A stretch of DNA of 64,000 nt, from positions 28,969 through 92,968 of the forward strand of contig JAJUGE010000005.1 of NCBI GenBank assembly GCA_029268305.1, in the 5' to 3' direction. The notes beneath the pieces were generated by a model that was given only the letters and a program-made list of their open reading frames with translations, was not told the DNA's origin and did no database searches. This stretch comes from Alphaproteobacteria bacterium. Its GTDB lineage: Bacteria; Pseudomonadota; Alphaproteobacteria; JAJUGE01. Below, piece after piece: positions 1 to 8,276 of this stretch (its first letter is position 1; every line of letters begins with the position of its first letter). A program made the translations under genes and the position numbers.

Positions 1-209
1 ATGGCACCGCAATAGGCGCCACCGAGGAAGGAGAGCCCGTGCACCGGTGTCATTCCGAAGGTGACGGGCACCATCAGCGCGATCGTCAGCGTGGCGGAGA
101 TCCCGGGTGTCGCGCCGAAAAGCGTTCCGAGTACCGCGCCGACGAACACCAGGAGCAGGTTGACCGGTTCGAAGGCGAGCCACGCCGAATCGAGCAGAAT
201 CTCCGTCAT
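1..209 (-). CDS. tctA: Tripartite tricarboxylate transporter large permease TctA, N-terminal 69 codons only (gene continues past the left edge)
   Basis: Reverse complement of 1..209 starts with ATG at 209..207 and reads MTEILLDSAWLAFEPVNLLLVFVGAVLGTLFGATPGISATLTIALMVPVTFGMTPVHGLSFLGGAYCGA, a typical TctA N-terminus. It lies directly downstream of tctC/tctB on the same strand. It is absent from the ORF track because it has no stop in the window. Confidence 0.85.
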   Translation of the reverse strand, partial: MTEILLDSAWLAFEPVNLLLVFVGAVLGTLFGATPGISATLTIALMVPVTFGMTPVHGLSFLGGAYCGA

Positions 210-252
210 CACCGGCCCCTCTCGAGCGACTCTAGGGGTTCTGTCGAAGGCA

Positions 253-492
253 TCAGTAGATCAGCCCGTGAGGGAGCGGCACGCCGAGGAACCTCTCGAA
301 AAGAGCCCACGCGGTGCCGAGCAGGAGGATGATCGGGCTCGCGAGCCACACGGGACCGCGAATGCCGAGGTAGAGCATGTGCAGGAGAAGAAAGAGTGCA
401 CTGGTCGCGAAGAAGCCGAGGGTCGGCATGATCAGCCCGTAGGCGACCAGCATCCCGATCGTGACGAGAACCCGGACATCGGCCTGGGTCAT
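253..492 (-). CDS. tctB: TctB-family small permease, C-terminal half (79 aa, 2 predicted TM helices)
   Basis: Lies inside track ORF 253..570(-). The internal ATG at 492 gives MTQADVRVLVTIGMLVAYGLIMPTLGFFATSALFLLLHMLYLGIRGPVWLASPIILLLGTAWALFERFLGVPLPHGLIY, which resembles the last two helices of TctB. The 26 Pro/Arg-rich codons upstream overlap the preceding ORF and look non-coding. Confidence 0.6.
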   Translation of the reverse strand: MTQADVRVLVTIGMLVAYGLIMPTLGFFATSALFLLLHMLYLGIRGPVWLASPIILLLGTAWALFERFLGVPLPHGLIY

Positions 493-683
493 CGCTTGCC
501 ACCGCGGGCCTGGAGCAGGCTTTGAACGAGGAGGACCAGGCTCAGGAGCATCAGGCCGCCCAGCATCCATTTCGGCCAGATCGAAGCATCTGCCGGATAG
601 CTGCTGACCTCAATCCAGCCCAGCACTCCGAGAATCAGCAGGACGATCGCAGAGATTCCGTCACGGCCGAGGCGGCTCAGCAT
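489..683 (-). CDS. tctB: TctB-family small permease, N-terminal half (64 aa, 2 predicted TM helices)
   Basis: Track ORF 489..683(-), MLSRLGRDGISAIVLLILGVLGWIEVSSYPADASIWPKWMLGGLMLLSLVLLVQSLLQARGGKR, resembles the TctB N-terminus. Its TGA (491..489) overlaps the ATG (492..490) of the next ORF as ATGA. Confidence 0.6.
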   Translation of the reverse strand: MLSRLGRDGISAIVLLILGVLGWIEVSSYPADASIWPKWMLGGLMLLSLVLLVQSLLQARGGKR

Positions 684-741
684 GCCCTTCCTCCCGGAAG
701 AGGGTCATGGCCGCCGCCCGACCGGGCGGCGGCCGGCAGTC

Positions 742-1746
742 CTATTTCAGATAACCACCCTGCTCGAAATACTTGAGCAGCGAATCCACCGAGCTTTGAG
801 TGTCCGCCATGATCTGCCCGAACTCGTCCCCGATCTTCGGCGTCACCAGAGTCAGCTTTCGGTTCTTCGCCTCTTCCTGGTATTTCGGGTCGTTGGACGC
901 GATCTCGAACGCTTCCCGATAGACGGCGAGGAGATCATCCGGGATCCCGGAAACAGTTGCCCAACCTCTTGTCGAACCTCCGGCCGTCACATCCATTCCC
1001 GTCAGCTCCTTGAAGGTGGGGGTGTCGGGAATCAGCTCATAGCGCTCGTTCGACAGGATCGCGGCTTCGACCGTTGCCTCCTGCGTCTGCAACAGGTCGG
1101 TGACGTTGCCCATCGACATCTCGACTTCTTTGGATAGGAAGGCGCGGTTGGCCGGGGCACCGCCGGCGTAGGGGATGAAAGTGAACTTCGCGCCGGTCGC
1201 ATCCTCGATGGCGTACACCGCGAGGTGATCGTCGGACAGCGGCCCGTCGGCTCCTACCGTGACGGATGCGGGCTCTGCCTTCGCCGCTTCGATCGCTTCC
1301 TTCAGAGTCCCGAACTTCGCATCGTTGATGCGGACGACGCTCGGGTCGATGACGTTGACGCCGATCGGCGTGAAGGACTCTGTCCAGGGCGCATACTCGG
1401 GCTCACGCACCGCCTGTACGAGCGCCACGGCGGGCAGATTTATGACGCCGATCGTAGAGCCGTCTTTCGGAGCACGCGCCAGCGCCGTCCAGCCGACCTC
1501 CCCACCTGCGCCGGGCATGTTCTTGACGACCATATTGATGTCTTTGCCCGTCAGCTCTTCGATCGCCGATTCGAAATAGGGAAGGGCGGTCCTCACCAGA
1601 ATGTCGGTACCGCCGCCGGCGCTGTACGCGACGATGACGTTGACCGTGGTGGGTACCTCGACGTCCTTGTACTTTTGGGCGAATGCGCCCGCGCCGGGGG
1701 CGGCTATCGCTGCCGCGACGCAGGTCGCGAGCAATGCATTCTTCAT
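742..1746 (-). CDS. tctC: Tripartite tricarboxylate transporter substrate-binding protein (Bug/TctC family), periplasmic
   Basis: Track ORF 742..1758(-). I prefer the ATG at 1746, which is preceded by GGAGGA (complement of 1750..1755). It has a signal peptide MKNALLATCVAAAIAAPGAGAFAQ and a Bug/TctC-like body (AGGGTDILVRTA..., NMPGAGG). It is followed on the same strand by tctB and tctA. Confidence 0.9.
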   Translation of the reverse strand: MKNALLATCVAAAIAAPGAGAFAQKYKDVEVPTTVNVIVAYSAGGGTDILVRTALPYFESAIEELTGKDINMVVKNMPGAGGEVGWTALARAPKDGSTIGVINLPAVALVQAVREPEYAPWTESFTPIGVNVIDPSVVRINDAKFGTLKEAIEAAKAEPASVTVGADGPLSDDHLAVYAIEDATGAKFTFIPYAGGAPANRAFLSKEVEMSMGNVTDLLQTQEATVEAAILSNERYELIPDTPTFKELTGMDVTAGGSTRGWATVSGIPDDLLAVYREAFEIASNDPKYQEEAKNRKLTLVTPKIGDEFGQIMADTQSSVDSLLKYFEQGGYLK

Positions 1747-1945
1747 CGTCTCCTCCACCGGGCATTATGAGTTGCAGCGGTATCCCGAGATCGCGGTGCC
1801 GCTGAAGACCATTGTGGCTCGACTGTCGTCTTGCCCTGAACGACAGGTCGTTATTGTGGACAACGGCTGCGGCGCGAGTCCACCCGTTCTGTTCACGCCG
1901 AACTCCCGGCTATGCTGCGGGGCGAACGATTCAGGAGATGCGACG

Positions 1946-2842
1946 ATGACAGTGACGGAGCTGAACACGCTCGTGCAACTGCTGCGAGAGAGAGGACGAC
2001 CGGAAAATCCGACCGTTCCGCAGATGCGGGAACGCTTCAAGCTTCTCGGCCAGAAGTTCCCGGCTCCCGCGGACGCAGTGGTCGAGCCGGTGGTGGTCGG
2101 GGAGGCCACGGGTGAATGGATCTCCGCGCCGGGCGTGGATCGCTCGCGGGTAGTGCTGCATCTGCACGGCGGCGGATACGTGCTCGGCGACGGGCTCGTC
2201 ACGCATCGGAACTTCGCCTACAACCTCTCGCGTGCAGCGGATGCCCGGGTGCTGCTTCTGGATTATCGTTTGGCGCCCGAGTTTCCGTTTCCCGCCGCGG
2301 TCGAGGATGCGACGGCAGCTTGCCGCCATATCCTGGCGGAAGGGATCGAGCCCCGCCGGCTCGTCATCTCGGGCGACTCGGCGGGTGGCGGGCTGGCCGT
2401 CTCGACGATGGTCGTGCTTCGCGACGATGGGGATCCCCTGCCGGCTGGCGCCATCTGCATCTCGCCGTGGACCGACATGGAAGGCACGGGCGAGACGATG
2501 CAGTCGAAGCTCACCGAGGATCCGATGATCACGCCGGAGGCGATCGCCTGGTTTGCCGAGCTGTATCTCGCCGGCGCCGATCCGCGGTCGCCCCTCGCAA
2601 CGCCGCTAAATGCCGATCTCGCCGGTTTGCCGCCGCTCCTGATCCAGGTTGGTAGCGCCGAGTGCCTGCTCGATGACGCGCGGCGACTCGCGGCGCGGGC
2701 CGAGCAGGCGGGCGTCGACGTCAGGCTGGAGGTGGCCGACCGGATGATTCACGTCTGGCACCTCTTCGCGCCGATGCTCTCAGAGGGGAGGGACGCGATC
2801 GAGCGCGCCGGTAGCTTCGTGCGGGAGCGCACCGGCGGCTAG
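1946..2842 (+). CDS. Alpha/beta hydrolase fold-3 esterase/lipase (hormone-sensitive-lipase family)
   Basis: 3' part of track ORF 1601..2842. ATG at 1946 is preceded by AGGAGA (1933..1938). It carries the oxyanion motif HLHGGGYVLG and the nucleophile elbow GDSAGGG. The upstream 115 codons overlap tctC on the other strand and are rejected. Confidence 0.85.
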   Translation: MTVTELNTLVQLLRERGRPENPTVPQMRERFKLLGQKFPAPADAVVEPVVVGEATGEWISAPGVDRSRVVLHLHGGGYVLGDGLVTHRNFAYNLSRAADARVLLLDYRLAPEFPFPAAVEDATAACRHILAEGIEPRRLVISGDSAGGGLAVSTMVVLRDDGDPLPAGAICISPWTDMEGTGETMQSKLTEDPMITPEAIAWFAELYLAGADPRSPLATPLNADLAGLPPLLIQVGSAECLLDDARRLAARAEQAGVDVRLEVADRMIHVWHLFAPMLSEGRDAIERAGSFVRERTGG

Positions 2843-2851
2843 AGCGGTCAG

Positions 2852-3988
2852 TTACGGGTCGATCGCGCTATGTGCGAAATTGCTGATGTGGTCCATGCGC
2901 ACGCTGTGCCACGGCTCCGGGATCCGGCTGTTGCTGAAGTAGGCGAACGAGGTTCCGGAGTCGGGGTCGGCCCAGCAATAGGAGGAGCCGACGCCGCCGT
3001 GACCGAAAGCACGCGGTGAGGCGATGCTGCCGAGCCCCCGGATATTCGGCGTGTAGCCGCGCACGTGCGGACCGATGCCGCGGTGCATGGGCATGCCGAA
3101 GTTCTCGTCGATGCGGTCGCCGGTATGGTTGCGGGAGACGTAGTCTATCGTCCGCGCCGAGAAGACCCTGACACCGTTCAGCGTGCCGCGGTTTGCCATC
3201 ATCTGGTAGAACGCGGCCATGGCGCGGGCGGTCGCATATCCTCCGCCGCCCGGAATGCCGGCGCGCTTAGCCGCCGCCGAATTGCGGTCCTCGAGGATTA
3301 CCGGCTTGCCGGTTTCCGGCGAGGGCTCGTGGATGTCGGCGGCGCGGCCGTGCTCGCTGTCGGGCAGGCCGACATAGAGCTCTCGACCCAGCCCGAGCGG
3401 CTCGATCACGGCTTCGCGGATGTAATCGCGAAAATCCCTGCCGGTGATGCTCTCGATCAGCATCGCCGCGGTCCAGTGCGCAGCGGCGCTGTGATAATGG
3501 ACGCGCGTTCCCGGCGTCCATTCCAGCGTGTAATCGCAGACGCACCGCTTCATCAGCTCGTGGTCGTCCCAGGCCGCTTCGGGCATCACGCCATTCGGAT
3601 AGCCGGCCTGGTGGGTGAGCACCTGATGAACCGTGATCTCGCCCTTGCCGTTGCGGGCGAACTCGGGAACGTGGTCTGCGACCAGATCGGTGTAGCGGAT
3701 CTCACCGGCCTCCGCGAGGGCCCAGATCGCGGCGGCAGTCACCACTTTCGTATTGGAGAACATCAGCCAGAGGGTGTCGTCTGCCGCGTCCACCGGCGAC
3801 GGGTGGATCTTCGCATGACCATAGCTCTTGAACATCGCCAGCTTGCCGTGGCGCGCGACAGCCACCTGGGCGCCGGGGTAGCGTCCGTCTTCGATGTGCT
3901 TTCGAATCGCGGCGTCCAGGCGCGAGAGCGCTTCCGGGTTCAGTCGCAGCGACGTCGGTTCGGCCTGTTCGAGCGGAAAGGTCATCAT
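2852..3988 (-). CDS. Serine hydrolase, beta-lactamase/transpeptidase fold (class C / EstB-like)
   Basis: Track ORF of 378 aa with an S-x-x-K motif (FSNTKVVTAAAIWAL). There is no signal peptide, so it is more likely an esterase or amidase than a periplasmic beta-lactamase. The second ATG at 3985 has better spacing to GGAGGAG. Confidence 0.85.
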   Translation of the reverse strand: MMTFPLEQAEPTSLRLNPEALSRLDAAIRKHIEDGRYPGAQVAVARHGKLAMFKSYGHAKIHPSPVDAADDTLWLMFSNTKVVTAAAIWALAEAGEIRYTDLVADHVPEFARNGKGEITVHQVLTHQAGYPNGVMPEAAWDDHELMKRCVCDYTLEWTPGTRVHYHSAAAHWTAAMLIESITGRDFRDYIREAVIEPLGLGRELYVGLPDSEHGRAADIHEPSPETGKPVILEDRNSAAAKRAGIPGGGGYATARAMAAFYQMMANRGTLNGVRVFSARTIDYVSRNHTGDRIDENFGMPMHRGIGPHVRGYTPNIRGLGSIASPRAFGHGGVGSSYCWADPDSGTSFAYFSNSRIPEPWHSVRMDHISNFAHSAIDP

Positions 3989-4040
3989 CTCCTCCTTCGG
4001 CAGATTTTCTGCTGCGCCGGCGTCAGCCGGCAGGCAACCG

Positions 4041-4988
4041 TCAGGGCGCGAATGCAGTGCCCTTGAGATACCGACCGGCCTCGTCGAGAGCTTCCCCCGC
4101 GGCGCGAATAATCTTGCCCATGTTCAGAAAGCCGTGAATCTGCCCAGGATAGCGGCGCATCGTGACCATCACGCCGGCCTCGACCAACTTGCGTGCATAA
4201 GCCTCGCCTTCATCGCAGAGCGGATCGTAGCCGGCGGTGAGCACGTAGGCCGGCGCAACGCCCTCGACGTTGGATGCCTTGATCGGTGAGGCGCGCCAGT
4301 CGGCGCCGTCCTCCGGTCCCCGGAAATATTGATCGCGGAACCACTCCATCGTCCGCGTCGTGAGCAGGTAGCTCTGGCCTCGCGTCTTGTGCGATGGCAT
4401 CGACATGTCGAAGTCGGTCGCCGGATAAAACAGCACCTGGGCGGCAATCGCCGGCGTGCCGGCATCACGCGCGATCAGAGCCACCGCGGCGGCGAGATTG
4501 CCGCCGGCACTGTCTCCGCCGACCGCTAGCCGTGCGTGATCGATCCGAAGAAGCTCGCCGGAGCGGGCGACCCACTCCGTCGCCGCCATGCAATCGTCCA
4601 CGGCTGCCGGGAACTTGTGCTCCGGTGCCATGCGGTAGTCGACCGAGACGACGGCGCAGCGCCCGGCGTTGGCGAGGCGTCGGCAGACGACGTCGTGGCT
4701 GTCCAGGCTGCCGATAACCCAACCGCCGCCGTGAAAATAGACGAGAACCGGCAGGCGCTCCTGCGACAGTGCTCCGATCGGCCGGTAATAGCGAATGGGG
4801 ATGGGCCCCGCCGGCCCCGGCGCTTCCATGTCCTGGATCTCGTTGACGAGCGGCGGCTCCGGCGCCAGTACCCGGCGGCCCTCCAGATAGAGGCGCCTCG
4901 CTTCTTCCGCTCCCACCTCCTCGAATGGCGGCTTGTCGGACTTGTTGGCCAGTTCGATCACGCGCGCGGCATCCGGGTCGAGAGTCAT
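4041..4988 (-). CDS. Alpha/beta hydrolase fold-3 esterase (HSL family)
   Basis: Track ORF of 315 aa with YFHGGGWVIGS (HGGG oxyanion motif) and GGDSAGGNLAA (GDSAG nucleophile elbow). Confidence 0.9.
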   Translation of the reverse strand: MTLDPDAARVIELANKSDKPPFEEVGAEEARRLYLEGRRVLAPEPPLVNEIQDMEAPGPAGPIPIRYYRPIGALSQERLPVLVYFHGGGWVIGSLDSHDVVCRRLANAGRCAVVSVDYRMAPEHKFPAAVDDCMAATEWVARSGELLRIDHARLAVGGDSAGGNLAAAVALIARDAGTPAIAAQVLFYPATDFDMSMPSHKTRGQSYLLTTRTMEWFRDQYFRGPEDGADWRASPIKASNVEGVAPAYVLTAGYDPLCDEGEAYARKLVEAGVMVTMRRYPGQIHGFLNMGKIIRAAGEALDEAGRYLKGTAFAP

Positions 4989-5129
4989 CGCATTCTCCGA
5001 AGGGCATCTTCCAGAAGGCGAAGGCTAGCACCATGGGCAGAGGGGGGAAGAGCATTTTGCGCCAGGCACTTTCTTGCCCGTGGCGGTGCCGATATCCTCG
5101 CCCTGGAAACTGAAGGAGGTATTCGCCGC

Positions 5130-5462
5130 ATGAGCGGATCGGAAAAGTGGGTGCGGGTCGCCTCGGCCTCGGAATTCGAGGAAGGCGATGTGGTCGCCTA
5201 CGACGTCGAAGGCGAGGAGATCGCCATCTATCGGCTCGAGGACGGCAGCTTTCACGCCACGCACAACATCTGTACGCACGAATATGCCTGCCTCTCCGAC
5301 GGCTGGCTGGAGGACGGGGTGATCGAGTGTCCGCTCCACGCCGGCCGCTTCGACGTGCGAACGGGGAAAGGTCTCGGGCCGCCTATCGAGGAAGACCTGA
5401 GGGTCTTTCCGTTGAAGCTGGAAGGCGACGACATCCTGATCGACATGTCGGCGAAAGGCTGA
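5130..5462 (+). CDS. Rieske [2Fe-2S] ferredoxin (non-heme iron oxygenase ferredoxin subunit type)
   Basis: ATG at 5130 follows GAAGGAGG (5112..5119). The 110-aa product is MSGSEKWVRVASASEFEEGDVVAY..., with the Rieske ligand motifs CTHEY and CPLHAGRF. The upstream part of track ORF 4536..5462 is antisense to the esterase and is rejected. Confidence 0.85.
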   Translation: MSGSEKWVRVASASEFEEGDVVAYDVEGEEIAIYRLEDGSFHATHNICTHEYACLSDGWLEDGVIECPLHAGRFDVRTGKGLGPPIEEDLRVFPLKLEGDDILIDMSAKG

Positions 5463-5567
5463 CCGCACGTACGGCCCGAGCGTCCGAAGGCGCGACGGCG
5501 TGGTTGAAGGCCGTGCGCCGATCGGGGAAGCTGCGGGAGGACCGAGCCGACCGAAGGGGACGCGGCA

Positions 5568-6731
5568 ATGACCGTCTTCACCAACTTCCTTCAGGAGAAG
5601 GTCTATTTCGGGCAGCCGTTCGACGAGGCGCTGTCCGAAGAAGCTGACCGACTGGGCTCCCGGCGCCTGTTCGTCCTCGGCAGCTCGACCCTGGCGCGCA
5701 ACACGGATTTCATGGAGCGGCTGGAGAAGAGGCTGGGCGAACGTTACGCCGGAATAGCGACGGGCATGCCGGCGCACACGCCGCGCGAGGCGGTGATCGA
5801 GATGACTCGCGCGGCGCGGGAAGCGAAGGCGGATCTCATCGTGACGTTCGGCGGCGGATCGTTGACGGACGCCGGCAAGATGGTGCGGCTCGCCCTCGAG
5901 CACGGGATCGACGACGTCGATGGCCTGGATCCGTTCCGGACGATCATCCACGAGGATGGGAGCAGCCATCAGCCGGACTTCCGAGCGCCGTCGGTGCCGC
6001 AGGTGACGATTCCGACCACCCTGTCCGGCGGCGAGTTCAACCGGACCGCCGGCTGCACGGACACGCGTAGGCACGCGAAGCAGCTCTTCCGGCATGCGCG
6101 CCTGATTCCGACCGCGGTCATACTCGACCCCGAGACCACGGTCCCGACACCCGAGTGGCTTTGGCTCTCGACCGGCATGCGCGCCGTCGATCACTGCGTC
6201 GAGACGATCTGTTCGCATCTCGCCAACTGGCAATCGGACGGCGCCGCGATCAACGGTCTGCGCCTGCTCAGGCAGGGCCTCGAGCGGTGCAAGGCTGACC
6301 CGCGCGATCTGGAGGCGCGTCTGATGTGCCAGATCGGTGCCTGGCAATCCATGGAGCACAACCAGACCGGCGTATCGATGGGCGCCAGTCACGGCATAGG
6401 GCACGTGCTCGGCGGGACCTGCAACGTGCCGCATGGCCATACCTCGTGCGTGATGCTGCCGGCAACGCTTCGGTGGAACCTGCCTGCCAACGAAGAGCGT
6501 CAGAAGATCGTCGCGGAGGTGATGGGGCATCCGGGCGATTCCGCCGCCGACGTAGTGGCGGCATTCGTTCGTTCGCTCGGTCAGCCCGGACGCCTCTCCG
6601 AAGTCGGAGTCACTCCGGACCGCTTCCGCGAGATCGCCGAACACGCGATGCACGACCGCTACATCCACACGAACCCGCGTCCGATCACGTCGCCCGAGCA
6701 GGTGATCGAGATCCTTGAGCTGGCTCGCTAG
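5568..6731 (+). CDS. Iron-containing alcohol dehydrogenase family protein (maleylacetate-reductase-like)
   Basis: Track ORF of 387 aa. It has the Fe-ADH family layout (GGGSLTDAGK nucleotide loop) and metal-site histidines in GASHGIGHVLGG...PHGHTSCVMLP. Confidence 0.8.
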   Translation: MTVFTNFLQEKVYFGQPFDEALSEEADRLGSRRLFVLGSSTLARNTDFMERLEKRLGERYAGIATGMPAHTPREAVIEMTRAAREAKADLIVTFGGGSLTDAGKMVRLALEHGIDDVDGLDPFRTIIHEDGSSHQPDFRAPSVPQVTIPTTLSGGEFNRTAGCTDTRRHAKQLFRHARLIPTAVILDPETTVPTPEWLWLSTGMRAVDHCVETICSHLANWQSDGAAINGLRLLRQGLERCKADPRDLEARLMCQIGAWQSMEHNQTGVSMGASHGIGHVLGGTCNVPHGHTSCVMLPATLRWNLPANEERQKIVAEVMGHPGDSAADVVAAFVRSLGQPGRLSEVGVTPDRFREIAEHAMHDRYIHTNPRPITSPEQVIEILELAR

Positions 6732-6737
6732 CGCCGG

Positions 6738-7901
6738 TCAGTCAGGAGCCGGCCACGCGGGCGAATCCCTCATTTGCAGAACCCGGTAAACTGCCCGCCA
6801 GAGCGTCAGCGCGTCCCCGGGCGTGACGTCTCTGAGATCAGCGTGGGCGAGGCCGTTGACGACGAAGAGGTCGGCGCGGCCTTCGGGCAAAGCGGCCGCC
6901 AGGGCGCGGCTCTCGCTGACCGGAATTATGGCGTCGTCACGCCCATGTACGAGGATCACGTTCGCCGAGATCCGTGAAAGATCGCGACGGCTGACGTCGA
7001 GGGCTTCCATCCCGAGGCGGATCGACGGGGGCAGCCCGGCGATCAGTGTGCCGACCCGCTCCGGGTCGCGGTTGGTGAGAAGATCGAGAACGGAGCGCCC
7101 CTCGGGCCCCAGATCGCTGACCAGATCTTCCACGGCCGCATTCAGATCGTCGAGCTTCCGGTCGGCGATCGTCCGGAGGAGATGGCGGTCGCGCGGCTCG
7201 GTCAGGCGGTCGGCGTTGCTGCGGGCGAAGACCCACTTCCCATAGGCGTTCGGCTCCCGATGCTGCCACGGCTGGCCGAGCCCGTCTCGGTAGAAGCCGG
7301 TGCTGAAGAACCTCACCACAGCGCCGATGTCGTAGTAGCCCCCGATCAGGATCATGAACTCGACATCGCGTCCAGCCTCGTCGCCGAGTGCGGCGAGCAT
7401 GGCCGGTCCGGCGGCATAGGAGATCGCGGTGATGCCGAGCGGGCGCTGCCGCCCCGCGAGGTAGCCGACGGCACCGGCGATGACCTCGGCATCCTCGGCG
7501 CTGACCTTCAGCTCGCGCAGATTGGAAATCTCGGGCACGAGCACGAGCAGTCGGGCGCGCGCCAAATCCCGCGCGAAGGCAACGAGGCGCGGATCATCCT
7601 TGCCCTGCGGCGTCACGCCCGGAACGAGCACGATCGACGCCCTTGCACCGGCCGGGGGCAGGTAAAGGTCGGCTTCGTACTCCTTTCCCCGAACCTGGTA
7701 GCACTCCGCCATCCGCCGCGGCACGGGCGCGGTCTCCTCCTCGGACGCCAGCTCCTGCAGGAGCCTGACGCTTTCGATAGCTCGGGAAGGAGAGCAAGCA
7801 GCAAGGGTGATCGCGCCCATGCAGGTGAGCGTCCATCGGAGAGCGACCGCTCGCGTTGATCGATTGCAGGGGATCGATCTAGCCGTGCGGTCGTTCTCCA
7901 C
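6738..7901 (-). CDS. Alpha/beta hydrolase, probable lipoprotein
   Basis: Track ORF of 387 aa. It has a lipobox-like ITLAAC near the N-terminus and a C-terminal VILVHGRDDAIIP...GLAHAD typical of the acid/His region of the alpha/beta hydrolase fold. The start codon is uncertain. Confidence 0.65.
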   Translation of the reverse strand: MENDRTARSIPCNRSTRAVALRWTLTCMGAITLAACSPSRAIESVRLLQELASEEETAPVPRRMAECYQVRGKEYEADLYLPPAGARASIVLVPGVTPQGKDDPRLVAFARDLARARLLVLVPEISNLRELKVSAEDAEVIAGAVGYLAGRQRPLGITAISYAAGPAMLAALGDEAGRDVEFMILIGGYYDIGAVVRFFSTGFYRDGLGQPWQHREPNAYGKWVFARSNADRLTEPRDRHLLRTIADRKLDDLNAAVEDLVSDLGPEGRSVLDLLTNRDPERVGTLIAGLPPSIRLGMEALDVSRRDLSRISANVILVHGRDDAIIPVSESRALAAALPEGRADLFVVNGLAHADLRDVTPGDALTLWRAVYRVLQMRDSPAWPAPD

Positions 7902-7933
7902 GTCAGCGGACCGATGTAAGGTCAGGAGTCATC

Positions 7934-8230
7934 ATGAACACGGCGAACCTCCAACTGGAAGGGCTCTATGCTGCTGTCGGCAGTCTCCTGAGCCTTCTGC
8001 GGGAAAAGGGCGTTCTCACCTCGGAAGAGATCGAGGGGGCGCTCGCGGAGACCGAGGCGCAGCTTGCCTCTGATCCAGCACGGCCGCCCGGGCTCTCCGC
8101 CGCAAACGTCGATGCTATCTGTTTTCCGGTCCGATATCTGCGTCTGGCCAACCGCCTCGAGGCCGAAGGGAACCGGCTACCGTTCAGCGAATTGACACGG
8201 CGGATCGGTCGAGACAAGCCCGACCACTGA
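7934..8230 (+). CDS. Hypothetical protein (98 aa)
   Basis: ATG at 7934 is preceded by AGGAG (7922..7926). Third codon positions are GC-rich, like neighbouring genes. I recognise no family. Confidence 0.55.
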   Translation: MNTANLQLEGLYAAVGSLLSLLREKGVLTSEEIEGALAETEAQLASDPARPPGLSAANVDAICFPVRYLRLANRLEAEGNRLPFSELTRRIGRDKPDH

Positions 8231-8276
8231 GCCTCTGAGCCGCCGCGGCCGAGGCGGGCCGGAGAGGGAGGAATGC

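Noticed and set aside
1601-1945. N-terminal 115-codon extension of the esterase ORF (track start 1601)
   Set aside because: It overlaps the 5' end of tctC on the opposite strand and looks non-protein-like. A good RBS (AGGAGA) precedes the ATG at 1946, where the homology-like sequence begins.
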